A stretch of 64,000 bases of DNA. Source: Octopus vulgaris (lineage: Eukaryota). Location: the NCBI GenBank assembly GCA_951406725.2, contig OX597832.1, forward strand, positions 186,001 to 250,000. The letters are read 5' to 3'. A program made the translations under genes and the position numbers. The notes under the pieces are model-generated. The model was not told the origin of the DNA and did no database searches. It was given only the letters and a program-made list of their open reading frames with translations. Positions within the stretch are counted from its first letter, which is position 1; each line of letters starts with the position of its first letter. Positions 38,761 to 51,130 of this stretch are shown in pieces.

Positions 38761-39684
38761 TGGTTTTGTATCAGGGCATTTATTATTATTATTATTAGTG
38801 AAACACTGGGGGCGATGTAATCAACTAGTCCTCTCCCCTCAAATTTCAGGCTTTGTGCCTTTAGTAGAAAGGATTATTATGAGGAAGATGATAGTGATGA
38901 TGCCTCATGCATTCAGTTTTTCTCTCATTTCATTTGCATTCCATCATTCATGCATATTAACATAACCTATGCAGCAGAGCTTACTTGTTTCATTTCTAGT
39001 CTTCACTAATCCTTTGCTATTAAGGGCTATATCTTGCTATCATGCAGCATTGCAGTTTGTACACACACATCAGCTGCCTTTCAGCTTTTTCTTACTAGAT
39101 TATAGATACCTGAACTTTTTCTAGCCCAATTCTTACTTTTGCTACAATGTTTTCCAAACATTCACCTCCACTACTAATTAGGCCACTTAGTTTACAAAAG
39201 CTATCAACTACTTCCAGTGGGCCTTCCAAGCATTTGAGGGAATTATTTTGTATGTATTCTTACTATTGACTGCTCATGTACATTTCCCATATTGGAAGTT
39301 TGCCTTTTTACATGGAAATTCCATGTTCATGTACACACACACTGCATCACTAAATAGGTGATTATTTCTTGTTGTGTATACCAAATGACAATGGACTGGT
39401 AGGATTGGAGATGCTGTAGCTATGGATAAAGGAAAAGTAAATTGATAATGATGGTTTACATTTCATGATATTATGTGATGTATTAGTTTGGGCCCTGTTC
39501 AGGACTCCAGGACATATATGTAATGTTGAACATTCAGTTATCATTCTCTTTTAATCTATAGTTGTTCAAAATGGCACTGTCTTCCTATTTCTTAATTGTT
39601 TACAACTGTTAACTAATATCCAGGATATTTTTAATTGAGTTTATCAATTCCTTTTAGAAAATGTCTAAATATCTCATACCATAT

Positions 39685-39885
39685 TCTTTCACTTGTTTCG
39701 GTCATTTGACTGCAACCATGCTGGAGCACTGCCTTTAGTCGAAGAAATTAACCTCAAAACTTACTCTTTGTAAGCCTAGTACTTATTCTATTGATCTCTT
39801 TTTGCCGAACTGCTTAGTTACAGGGACATAAACACACCAACATCAGTTGTCAAGCAATGGTGGCGGGACAAACACACACAAATAT
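39685..39885 (-). mobile_element. Octopus-type SINE, 3' part
   Basis: cttgtttcggtcatttgactgc..gggacataaacacacc..gttgtcaagc. Confidence 0.75.
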
Positions 39886-41275
39886 CATCATCATCATCAT
39901 CATCATCATCGTTTAACGTCCGTTTTCCACGCTAGCACGGGTTGGACGGTTCGAATGGGGTCTGGGGAGCCAGGGGCTGCCCCAGGCTCCAGTCTGATCT
40001 GGCAGTGTTTCTACAGCTGGATGCCCTTCCTAACGCCAACCACTCCGCGAGTGTAGTGGGTGCTTTTTACGTGCCACCTGCACAGGTGCCAGAGGGGTCT
40101 GGCATCGGCCACGATCGGTTGGTGCTCTTTTATGTGCCACCGGCACAGAAGCCAGTCAAGGCGGTGCTGGCATCGGCCACGGTCGGATGGTGCTTTTTAT
40201 GTGCCACCGGCACAGAAGCCAGTCGGGGCGGTGCTGGCATCAGCCACGTTCGGATCAACCGGCACAGAAGCCATTTGAGGCGGGGTTGGCATCGGTCACG
40301 TTCGGATGGTGCTTTTTATGTGCCACCGGCACAGAAGCCCGTGGAGGCTGCACTGGCAACGGTCACGTTCGGATGGTGCTTTTTATGTGTCACCGGCACA
40401 GGTATCATAACTACTGTTTCCATTGATATTTGGTTCGATGTTCATGTACATGCACTTGACTCAACAGGTCTCCTCAAGCACAGCGAGATGTTCTGGGATC
40501 CCACGATCGGTTGATGCTTTTTATGTGCCACCGGCACAGAAGCCAGTCAAGGCGGTGCTGGCATCGGCCACGTTCGGATGGTGCTTTTTATGTGCCACCG
40601 GCACAGAAGCCAGTCGGGGCGGTGCTGGCATCAGCCACGTTCGGATCAACCGGCACAGAAGCCATTTGAGGCGGGGTTGGCATCGGTCACGTTCGGATGG
40701 TGCTTTTTATGTGCCACCGGCACAGAAGCCCGTGGAGGCTGCACTGGCAACGGTCACGTTCGGATGGTGCTTTTTATGTGTCACCGGCACAGGTATCATA
40801 ACTACTGTTTCCATTGATATTTGGTTCGATGTTCATGTACATACACTTGACTCAACAGGTCTCCTCAAGCACAGCGAGATGTTCTGGGATCCCACGATCG
40901 GTTGATGCTTTTTATGTGCCACCGGCACAGAAGCCAGTCGAGGCAGTGCTGGCGTCGGCCACATTCGGATGGTGCTTTTTATGTGCCACCGGCACAGGAG
41001 CCAGTCGGGGCGGTGCTGGCATCGGCCACGTTCGGATGGTGCTTTTTATGTGCCACCGGCACAGAAGCCATTCGAGGCAGGGTTGCCATCGATCACGTTC
41101 GGATGGTGCTTTTTATGTGCCACCGGCACAGAAGCCAGTGGAGGCTGCACTGGCAACGGCCACGTTCGAATGGTGCTTTTTATGTGTCACCGGCACAGGT
41201 ATCACAACTACTGTTTCCATTGATATTTGGTTCAATGTTCACTGGCAACGGCCATGTTTGGATGGTGCTTTTTAT
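39885..41275 (-). repeat. RTE 3' tail with ~59-bp minisatellite and ~391-bp higher-order repeat
   Basis: Unit ggtgctttttatgtgccaccggcacagaagcc...; the marker ccacgatcggttg recurs at ~40109, 40501 and 40892. Confidence 0.9.
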
Positions 41276-41277
41276 GT

Positions 41278-41316
<39 letters not shown>

Positions 41317-41329
41317 TATATATATATAT

Positions 41330-41490
41330 GATGGGCTTCTTTCAGTTTCCATCTACCAAATCTACTCACAAGGCTTTGGTCAGCCCGAGGCTATAGCAGA
41401 AGACACTTGCCAAAGGTGCTATGCAGTGGAACAGAAGCCGGAACCATGTGGTTGGGAAGCAAGCTTCTTACCACACAGCCACGCCTGCGT
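41330..41490 (-). mobile_element. Octopus-type SINE head
   Basis: gggcttctttcagtttcc..cttaccacacagccacgcctgcg. Confidence 0.8.
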
Positions 41491-42524
41491 CATATGTTAA
41501 TAATTTTTTTAATATTTCACACTATTAATCTCATCATTGTATATTTACAAAATTTATATATGCACTTGTTTCAATCTATTTGAATACTGATATGACTGAA
41601 TTTGAACAAGGAGCCATTATTTTTAAACTAAAAGTAGCATTGTTGTAACCCACAAGACAAGTACAGGGCTTGTACCTTAGTTTAGAATAAGAAATCACTA
41701 ACATTCTTTGTTTGTAGTCAGATTGGCACTGTGTATCAATCCAGGAATACAACACCTGATGACAATCTTAGAATCAACTGATACAAATGTGGAATAGATA
41801 TAGGTATTTTCTTATAAAGCTCATGAACATATTATAATTATTTTAAGACTAATGAGTTAATGTCAATCTATTTAGTGTCATGCTTGTATTAGATAAATGA
41901 ACTGTAGATTTTTTTCCTTTGGTCTATTTTTCTTTGTTCTTGTAGGAGCTGCTGTTGCTAATGATGGTGCTGATGGCAATGTCATAGTCAAGAAAGGGGA
42001 TTTTTTTTTTTAGATAAATAGTATACCATTAATAAAAGACTCGAAATAAAGAAACACAGTGAAAGCCTGATCTTTGTTTTCTATCTTGTTTGTATTACTC
42101 TTTTAATAAATCTGTTTGTATTTACAATATAGCACTTCTTTATATTTCTGTGTAAGTACAGAGCTTTCTCACACCTTCTCCTTATCTTGATGTTTGGCTC
42201 TCTATTGCTTCTACTTAATGTAATATGTCATGTGTGTTTAATTGTGGATGGCTGCTGTCACTTTTCACTCAGTTTTTTTTTTAAATTTCAGGATCTCTTT
42301 CTTTAAGCATAAAATATATGTATTTAAACACACATACATACAGCTATATGTGTGTGTATGTACGCGCGCACGTGTGTGTGTATGTAAACAAACTTACATT
42401 TGTTTTTATTTGAAGCATTAAATATGTATTGTACTATATGAACAAGAAGGTGATATTTTTCCAAATGCAACATTGCCGTTAGAACAGCAGAAATAATGGG
42501 TAAAGGTGGGAAAAGTTGTCAGTG

Positions 42525-42595
42525 GGCAGTTAAGGTTAATGGTAAAGCACTCAGCTGGTGTCTTGCAGGATGTGGGTTCGACTCCTATGGCTGTT
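42525..42595 (+). pseudogene. tRNA-like sequence centred in an inverted repeat (arms ~42419-42521 and ~42595-42710)
   Basis: Contains ttaatggtaaagc (D arm/A box), gtgggttcgactcctat (T arm/B box) and an imperfect ggcagtt/ggctgtt acceptor stem, followed by ctttttc. Confidence 0.7.
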
Positions 42596-42701
42596 GATGA
42601 CTTTTTCCACCTTGTAAGGGTAATTTATCCATTATTTCTGCTGTTCTAATGGCAATGCTGTTCGTCTGAAAATATACCACCTTCTTGTTTGTATTCTACA
42701 A

Positions 42702-42746
<45 letters not shown>

Positions 42747-42764
42747 ATGTATGTATGTATGTAC

Positions 42765-42795
<31 letters not shown>

Positions 42796-44137
42796 AAATC
42801 AAAATAAGCAACAAGGATATCCAAGGTAGTGTAGTACAATCGTTTCATGTTACTTCATTGTATTAAACACTGTAAGTATTACATGATGATAATAATAATA
42901 ATAATAATATAAACAATAATAATATCAATAATATAAATGATAATAATAAAAATGTGGAAAGTGAGGAAATTAAGGAAAGATTAGTAACAAACAACCCTAT
43001 CTTACATAACAATATAATTATAGATAAGGGAAATAACACTAATGCTAGTAATAGCTCTAATAATGAAAAGGAAAACAGCTTGTTCCTAAATGATAATAAT
43101 ATCAGGAATCATCCCCCCAGTTGTAATTGTAGTATTAGATCAAAATGTCCGGTATCTGGTCGGTGTCTGGTTCAAAATGTAATTTATAAATGTACAATAA
43201 TGACTAAATAATAGCTATCTTTATTTTGGATGTTCGATAGACCTAAAAAAACGTTTGAACAATCATTTTTCTACTTTTAGACTTAAACATAGGGCGGGTT
43301 GCACAACGCTGTCCAGTAAAATTTGGGAACTGAAAGAAAAAAGAAAGGCACAACCTTATAAAAATAGTAGGGATGGATGTGAACTTTGTTCCATGGAGAC
43401 ATGAAATTTTGAAACATAGGAATAATACAAACTTATTGAATAACCCTTCTGAACTAGGAGTATCCTGTATACATTGTGCCATTTGTACTTTTAAGTATTT
43501 TTAATAATAACATTCTGACCATTCCTAAATTTTCAAATCATACTTTGTAACCAAATAAGGAATTAATATACCATACTAGCTTTTATTTAACCTGCATATA
43601 TTATTAAGAAATTTTATAATATAAATAAATTTGAATAAAGTGAAATTAGAATTTTTTGATAGTCTCCTATATGAGATTGCAAAAATTCTATATATCTTGG
43701 GAAATTATTTGGTTCATCTTGATTACCTCCCTTCCATTACTTTTTAATACATCCTGATATATGTGCTAAATTGATAGTGTTTTTTTTTTTACAGTTAGTA
43801 AATATTATGTCTAGCATGTTCCTTTAATTTAACTCGTTAATAAAATTAATCACTATTTACTAACTAACTATGATTCTATATTTTTAGAAATGGATATATA
43901 TATATATATTTATATAAATATGAAATGATTTCTATATTTTCTATCCCTATATAAGATACTAAAATTTATTGGAATCCTTTGAATTCTATGTAAAGGATAT
44001 TTATTTCAAATTCACAAGCAGAATTATGGCTGTTAAATGGTAAGGGACATTAGAAACCTCTAGAGCATTAGTAGTCTCTATTCTCCCTACCCCACTAACT
44101 TCAGCCTACTAACTTTTGCTATAATGCATTCAAATAT

Positions 44138-44719
44138 GCTGTTTAGCCCTAGGAAGCATCGATGCTTCCTGTCGGCTTCGACACATTTCCTGTGTCCTTA
44201 TATATTTACGAAGAGGAGACAAATACCCCCAAGAGCTAGGCCTGCATCTAGAGACACACATGTTTCAGGGTCTTTGCTCATCATTGGTCTAGAGTAGCAG
44301 AAGCCTGCCATCTGAAGATATCTGTCTCGACTTCGCAAATATATATATCTAATTTTCAGTGAAGTTTATTCACTGATCACCAAAATCAGAAATATTAAAT
44401 TTCTAAATATCTCATAGAGATATGTACGGTGGTGGGGCGATAGAGTGGTTGTATACTGTCAACTTAACGTGACAGTAGGGGATTACACCACCGCTGTTTA
44501 GCCCTAGGAAGCATCGATGCTTCCTGTTGGCTTCGACACATTTCCTGTGTCCTTATATATTTACAAAGGGGAAGCCGACAAGAAGCGTCGATGCTACCTA
44601 GGGCTAAACAGCGGTGGTGTAATCCCCTACTGTCATGTTAAGTTGATAGTATGCAACCACTCTATCGCCCCACCACCGTACATATCTCTATGAGATATTT
44701 AGAAATTTACTATTTCTGA
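44138..44719 (-). mobile_element. Retrozyme-like ~355-bp tandem unit with inverted tail
   Basis: Direct repeat 44138-44209 / 44493-44564. Inverted arms 44386-44534 / 44571-44719. Minus-strand hammerhead-like motif at 44247-44293. Confidence 0.75.
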
Positions 44720-44800
44720 CATTCAAATATGCCCAAGTTAAATTCCTCAGAATGAGGATGGATTTATGTCTTTGACATTTGTACTACCCCTTCCTCTATA

Positions 44801-46083
44801 TGAGGGACGTTCAATAAGTAATGTCCCTGACCCACTTGCAGTTGTTTGATCTAGCTGAAATTTTGCATGTGCAATTATTTATATCTCAATAGATTAAGTG
44901 GCAAATTACAGCTCTGAACTAATTGGGGTTTCTGATTTACAGGTGTTTGAACTGAGTCAAGTGTGAAATGGAGCCTGTTGAGTATCGAGCAGTGATCCGG
45001 TTTTTGTATTTGAAAGGACACACACCACGGGAGACTTTTGATGAAATGAAAGTAACTTATGGTGATGATGCCCCATCATATGACCTTGTAAAACGCTGGC
45101 ATCGTGAATTCAAACATGGTCAGAACTCTGTGGAAACAGCTCCCTGATCTGGTTGCCCCACTTCTGCCATTGATGAGGCATCTGTCCGTCAAGTTGAGGC
45201 TGCCATTTTGGAAGATCGACACATAACTATTCGCCAAATAGCCCATGAGGTCAAGATTAGTACCGGGTCTGTGGAAACTATCATTCATGACCATTTGCAT
45301 ATGCAAAAGGTGTCTGCCAGATGGATTCCCAGGCTACTCACACCTTTCCAGAAGCAAGAACGCGTCGAGTGCTCGAGGATGAATTTGGAGATGTGCCAAA
45401 AAGATGAGTCAAAATTTTTCAAAAGACTGATTACACAGGATGAAACCTGTGTCCATCACTATGATCCAGAGACCAAAGCCCAGTCAATGCAGTGGAAGCA
45501 CCGTGACTCACCTCCTCCAAAGAAGGCAAGGGTGCAGCCCTCCGCTGGCAAGGTCATGCTCACCGTCTTCTGGGACCAGGACGGAGTAGTGATGACAGAT
45601 TTCCTGGCAAAAGATACCACAATTACAGGAGCCTATTATGCTTCACTTTTGAGGAAATTAAGAGAAGCTATCAAAATCAAGAGGCGGGGCAAGATCAGCA
45701 AAGGCATCCTCCTCCTGCAGGACAACGCTCCGGTCCACAACTCGCATGTCGCCAGATCAGAAGCACAGGCGTGTGGCTATGAACTCCCCCCTACTCTCCT
45801 GACCTTGCACCCTCTGATTTTCACCTCTTCCCAGCCATGAAGTTGTTTTTGAAAGGAAAGCGTTTCCCAGATGATGCAGCCTTGATTTCTGAAGCCACAT
45901 CGTAGTTGGAGGACCAAGCTGGGGTCTTCTACAAAAATGGTCTCCAAAGCTGCATCAAATGATGGGAGAAATGCGTAACTCTGGGTGGTTCCTATGTAGA
46001 AAAAGACTAATAACTGTGCCAAGTTTCATTGCTCTACTGCTATGGGAAGTGGGTCAGGGGCATTACTTACTGAACGCCCCTTG
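44801..46083 (+). mobile_element. Full-length mariner element (irritans/Hsmar2-like), transposase pseudogene 44968-46010
   Basis: TIRs tgagggacgttcaataagtaatg and cattacttactgaacgccccttg with TA duplication. Motifs WIPRLL, ITQDET, LQDNAP and YSPDLAP; in-frame stop at ~45145 and a frameshift at ~45790. Confidence 0.96.
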
Positions 46084-46326
46084 TAAATAGAAAAAAATTC
46101 TTGTTTGTCTCCATTGAACCAAGAATAGAAACCCCTCCCCACTGATAGATCTAAATAACAAAGTGAACTCAGTGATAAAAAATAAATACAGATGAAGAAG
46201 GACCTACTACCACCATGTTCTTAATGAAATTAACCTCTCTGTCTATATATCTTACCCTCTTTGTAATGTTGGCAAATGAAAGAAGTATAAAAATGTGCAT
46301 TGTCTGTTTAATTAAAAAATTCTATA

Positions 46327-46414
46327 TGTGGCTGAAGATTGCTCGACATTTTAAAACTGATGTAATACTTACAGTGTTTAATAAAATGAAGTAACATGAA
46401 ACGATTGTACTACA
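46327..46414 (+). ncRNA. Type I hammerhead motif with long stem II (family C)
   Basis: tgtgg-CTGAAGA-ttgct..catttta..tgtaa tac ttaca..taaaatg..agtaacat-GAA-AC gatt GT-A-ctaca. Canonical core and GUA cleavage triplet. Confidence 0.75.
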
Positions 46415-46934
46415 CTACCTTGGATATCCTTGTTGCTTATTTTGATTATAATCATCCCATTTGATTTATATGGATAATACTATACCAAATTCTGCTGCCT
46501 TTAACTTAAGTACCATATTCATCTGAATCTAAATTTTGCTGAACTTATATATATATATATATAAATGTAAATGTAAATATCGAAGAACGAGTGCTCAACA
46601 CCACATTAGTGGATAATAATTCTTTATTTGTGTATTAAGGCTACCATTGGTTTCATGTTAGGAAGATATCTTAACAATATTTCTAGCCAGTTATCTAGAG
46701 AAATTGGTGTTATTCTCCATTTTGGATATATATAACTTTAGAAAAGATGGTGGGCTAAAAGTGGTCAATATATATAGTAAAGTTTATTCAAAGCTAAGGC
46801 TTCTTTCTGTCATTACTCTGAACTTTATATTTTTGCAATCAAAGGTAGAGATGTGAATCTCAGAGTAACAATAAAGAGAAACATCAGTATCAGATGTGTA
46901 TGTGTGAGTATTCATGCATACACACATGTACGCT

Positions 46935-47108
46935 CATGTACACACATTTATTTTCCTTCTCAGTTTCTGTCTACCAAATCCACTCACAAAGCTTTGGTCG
47001 GCCCGAGGCTATAGTAGAAGACACTTGCCCAAGGTGCCATGCAGTGGGACTGAACCTGGAACCATGTGGTTGGTAAGGAAGCTATTTACCACACAGCCAC
47101 TCCTGCAC
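46935..47108 (-). mobile_element. Octopus-type SINE head
   Basis: cagtttctgtctaccaaatccactcacaa..cacacagccactcctgcac. Confidence 0.8.
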
Positions 47109-47555
47109 GTTTTTTTTTTTTTTTTTAACATGTCAAATCTTCCACTTGCAGTGTCCTCTTCATATTTCTTAACATGTAACTCAAGTGAAATCGAAAACCC
47201 AACCTACAGCAATAGTATGTAAGGTATTACTTACCCAATGACCCACAATTGTAGTCTGTTACTGTTATACTGTCAGCAGAACATGAAGTATTGCTGGAAA
47301 TTAAGTGCACTGTTATGTATTTCTTGCATTGTATCAGTAAATTGTAGTTTATGTTGTTTGCCCAATGTTTTCATTTAATTCCAATTTTACTCTGTATTTT
47401 GTTGGGAAGTTTAAATTTAGAATATCATAATAGTAAATAATTTCTGAGTAGTTCAGTTGCATTGCAACAGTTAACTGTTTTATATCTGTATTTAATGAAG
47501 AGATAATAAATATCTGAACTATCAGAATTGGTGCTTTTATATTTCCTTACTACTC

Positions 47556-49977
47556 CACATTCCCTCTCACTGTATTTCTCTTTCAACAACATTTTCTTCT
47601 CTCCTTCTTCCCTCTCTCTACACAGATGTTACAAACAAATACATGGGGATCAGCTCCTTTATAATACATTTTCATAATAACAGTTGTAAAATTATCCTAA
47701 AAAAAATTTGGTGGTTAGCTTGATAAACTGTTAGCTACACTGTATCAAATGCATTAAACTACAGCTATTTTATCTAACGTCCTCACCACCAAAAAAAACA
47801 CTGAATTGTATCCAGATAGTTTAGAAAACAATTCTATTATATATATTTAGTGTTAACTATAAGAGAATAAAACTGAAGATTAAAATAGAAAAGTAGTTAC
47901 TCAACCTGCTAAGTCAGTCACACCCTACCTTCTGACAAATAGAAGAGCAAATAGGATAATGTCTGCTTAAAAAAAAAAAACACTGAATGGTCACAGATGG
48001 AATGTTTTTGATCATAGCACTGCTTGATTAGGAAGACCTCAGTCTAAATAACAGCAACAAATATGACTTTTCAGCAATTAACTTAACATAACTTGTTAAC
48101 TTCCCATTAGTCACTATCCCTATTAATTTTTACTATTGACTACAGTACTTTAATAGAGTTCCAGTTAGACTCATAAATATAACTTATGTGTTTGTCTTTT
48201 TGTTCTGATGTAAAATTACTTCTATATTCTCTTTGTTCTGTTAGTGGTATTGGTATATTATTAATACAAAATAACTCAAAACCTAATTGTTACCTACAAT
48301 GAGCTGATTTCTTTCCCCTTCTCCATTTATATTTTTGACTATCTTGTTGAATACAGCAGTATTTTTCAGGTCTTTTGAAACAGTTCAAATTTATTTTCCA
48401 GGAATTTGCGAGTACCATTTCCTATAATCTTTATCTTATTTTTAATTAATCACTATTTTTTTTCAGACAGAATTTTCTTTCTTTTCTTTTTATAAGCACA
48501 TTTTAAAAAAATGTTTCACTGAATTAACTATATTATATTTATGCCTTATTTCTTTTTATCAATGAACCATGAAATATCGTAATAATGTTCTGCTTTTGAC
48601 TAATCTTATGTTCTACTTTAATTAACCATTTGTTTTACTTCGTCTGTGTTCATTATAGTATTGCAAGTTCTAATTATTAATGGCATTCAGTTTTCTTGCA
48701 AGAATAGGACTTACTACTGTTTGGGGAGGAATGTTATTGGGAAGTTGTGATATTCATGTCTCTTAAATGTATTAGTTGTATAATTGAAACTGTGCCAGTA
48801 ATTTTTCACACTGAATTGTGTTTAGCTGGCCAGACATCATGCGATCATAATTTATAGTCCATCTACTACTTTAATTCTTAATTCCCAGAATAAATGTTTT
48901 TAATGATATTCCTTTATCATCCCCATATTTTCTGTACTGTAGCTCTGTATAATTGCTGTTGTATTGTGAAAATATAAAATGTACCACAACACATTGCATC
49001 ATATGACATCATACAACATAATATCACACCACCTACACTACACGTTACTTACTTCACATCACACCACTTTATATTACATGTACTACATCACATCCTAGTG
49101 CACTACACGGCACCATAATACACCACCCAACATCACACCACATGACACTACACTACCTCACACCACATTGCACCATACTATATCTCACAACATCACATCC
49201 CACTACACCACATCATACATCAATCCACATTGTATTCTGTTAGCCATAATTTTCCCATTAATGTAATTTTAGTTGGGCCACAGAGTTACCTCCCATGTAA
49301 TGAGTATTGTGTAATATCTCATTTTTCAATACTCTTCAGCCAATGCTGGAATTACCATTTTTGTCCAGATCAACTGATCTAGTACTGAGGTCAATAGTAT
49401 TGACTTAACTTGTTCCCCTCAAAATTGCTGGACTTGTCTTTAAAATAGAAACAATTATATTATCTTCCTGCTTTCCCTTTTTCACCTTTCTAACTTTTTT
49501 TCTCTCTATTTCTTATCTCACTTTAATTTCTCTATCAGGTTTTTCATTACATCTATTGAAACAGTAGAATCAAGACTAAGTAATGAAGGTTAATTAGAAA
49601 ACTCACATTGCTTAGCCATTTTCTGAGGAAGCACAGACTATAATCTAACATGAGTGATAAGTTCAGTGAAATGGACAAAAAGCAAGGTAATTTGGGAAAG
49701 AATTGTTTTCTAAACTATCTGGATACAATTCAGTGTTTTTTTGGTGGTGAGGACGTTAGATAAAATAGCTGTAGTTTAATGCATTTGATACAGTGTAGCT
49801 AACAGTTTATCAAGCTAACCACCAAATTTTTTTTAGGATAATTTTACAACTGTTATTATGAAAATGTATTATAAAGGAGCTGATCCCCATGTATTTGTTT
49901 GTAACATCTGTGTAGAGAGAGGGAAGAAGGAGAGAAGAAAATGTTGTTGAAAGAGAAATACAGTGAGAGGGAATGTG
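47556..49977. repeat. Near-identical ~280-bp inverted repeat (47556-47835 and 49699-49977)
   Basis: Direct reading shows the arms are reverse complements, differing only in a homopolymer length. Confidence 0.93.
48985..49232. repeat. Degenerate pentamer repeat (CACAC/ACTAC/CATCA)
   Basis: cacaccacatcacactacactac-type low-complexity tract. Confidence 0.75.
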
Positions 49978-50094
49978 TGTGAAAGATAGATAATAGGTCG
50001 TGTTGTTCCCTTAGTAACGAACAAGTTTTGATTAAAAATGTGGGATTTTTAAGTGCAAGTCTATCAACACAACACAGACTTCATAAAAAAAAGA

Positions 50095-50400
50095 GCCACC
50101 ACCATGACAAATCTTAGTCAAATGAATTGGCCCCAGTCCTTTATATTTTTTAAGCCTGGTACTTATTCTATCAGTCCCTTTTACCAAAACACTGAGTCAT
50201 AGGGACATAAACACACCAACATGGGTTGTCAAGCAGTGGTGGGGGATAAACACACACACACATATATATAAAGGCTTCTTTCAGTTTCCATCTACCAAAT
50301 CCACTCACAAAGCTTTAGTGAGCTCAGTGCTATAGTACAAGACACTTGCTCAAGTTGCCAGGCAGTGAACCTGGAACCATGTTGAGAAACAAGCTTTTAG
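50095..50400 (-). mobile_element. Octopus-type SINE, degenerate
   Basis: acttattctatc..gggacataaacacacc..ctaccaaatccactcacaa. Confidence 0.75.
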
Positions 50401-50726
50401 TTCTTTTCTTTTTCGTTGTTTATGTGTGTGTTTGTATATCTTTCAACTTATAGACATATCTACACAGACTTTAAAAAAGGACTTTCATTTGAACAATTTA
50501 TGAAGGTAAATGCATTATTAACAAATATTTTTACCAGCAGCATAGCAGCAGGCAACAACCTTGTAAATTATAATTTTCATTAATAGATTCAAATTTTTAC
50601 TCAATTTTCCATTCCTTTGGGTTTTATTAGTATTTCTTCCGTGTAAATCTGGAGACCACATATTTAGTGCAGGAGTATGTATTCTCTGTCCTCTGTCTGA
50701 GCCCCTAAATATAAATTACACTATCT

Positions 50727-51130
50727 AGGTGCAGGAGTGGCTATGTGGTAAGTAGCTCGCTTACCAACCACATGGTTCTGGGTTCAGTTCCACTGCGTGG
50801 CACCTTGGGCAAGTGTCTTCTACTATAGCCTCAGGCCAACCAAAGCCTTGTGAGTGGATTTGGTAGACAGAAACTGAAAGAAGCCCATCGTATGTATATA
50901 TATATATATTTGTGTGTGTGTGTTTGTCCCCCCTCCCCCCAACATCGCTTGACAACCGATGTTTGTGTGTTCACGTTCCCATGACTTAGCGGTTCGGCAA
51001 AAGAAACTGATAGAATAAGTACTAGGCTTGCAAAGAATAAGTCCTGGGGGCAATTTCTTTGGCTAAAGGCGGTGCTCCAGCATGCTGCAGTCAATTGACT
51101 GAAACAAGTAAAAGAAAAAAGAATAAAAGA
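50727..51130 (+). mobile_element. Octopus-type tRNA-derived SINE, full copy
   Basis: A box tggctatgtggta, B box ggttcagttcc, internal (TA)/(TG) tract and an aaaaga-repeat tail. Confidence 0.88.

Larger units (their letters stand above)
42795..46545 (+). mobile_element. Penelope-like element remnant with inverted 5' tail and nested insertions
   Basis: GIY-YIG remnant CNCSIRSKCPVSGRCLVQNVIYKC..YFG..LKKRLNNHFSTF..TTLSSKIWELK at ~43120-43340. 42795-42885 is the reverse complement of 46360-46450. Confidence 0.8.

Noticed and set aside
39942-41500. Long overlapping ORFs up to 228 aa
   Set aside because: By-products of the GC-rich minisatellite, open in several frames.
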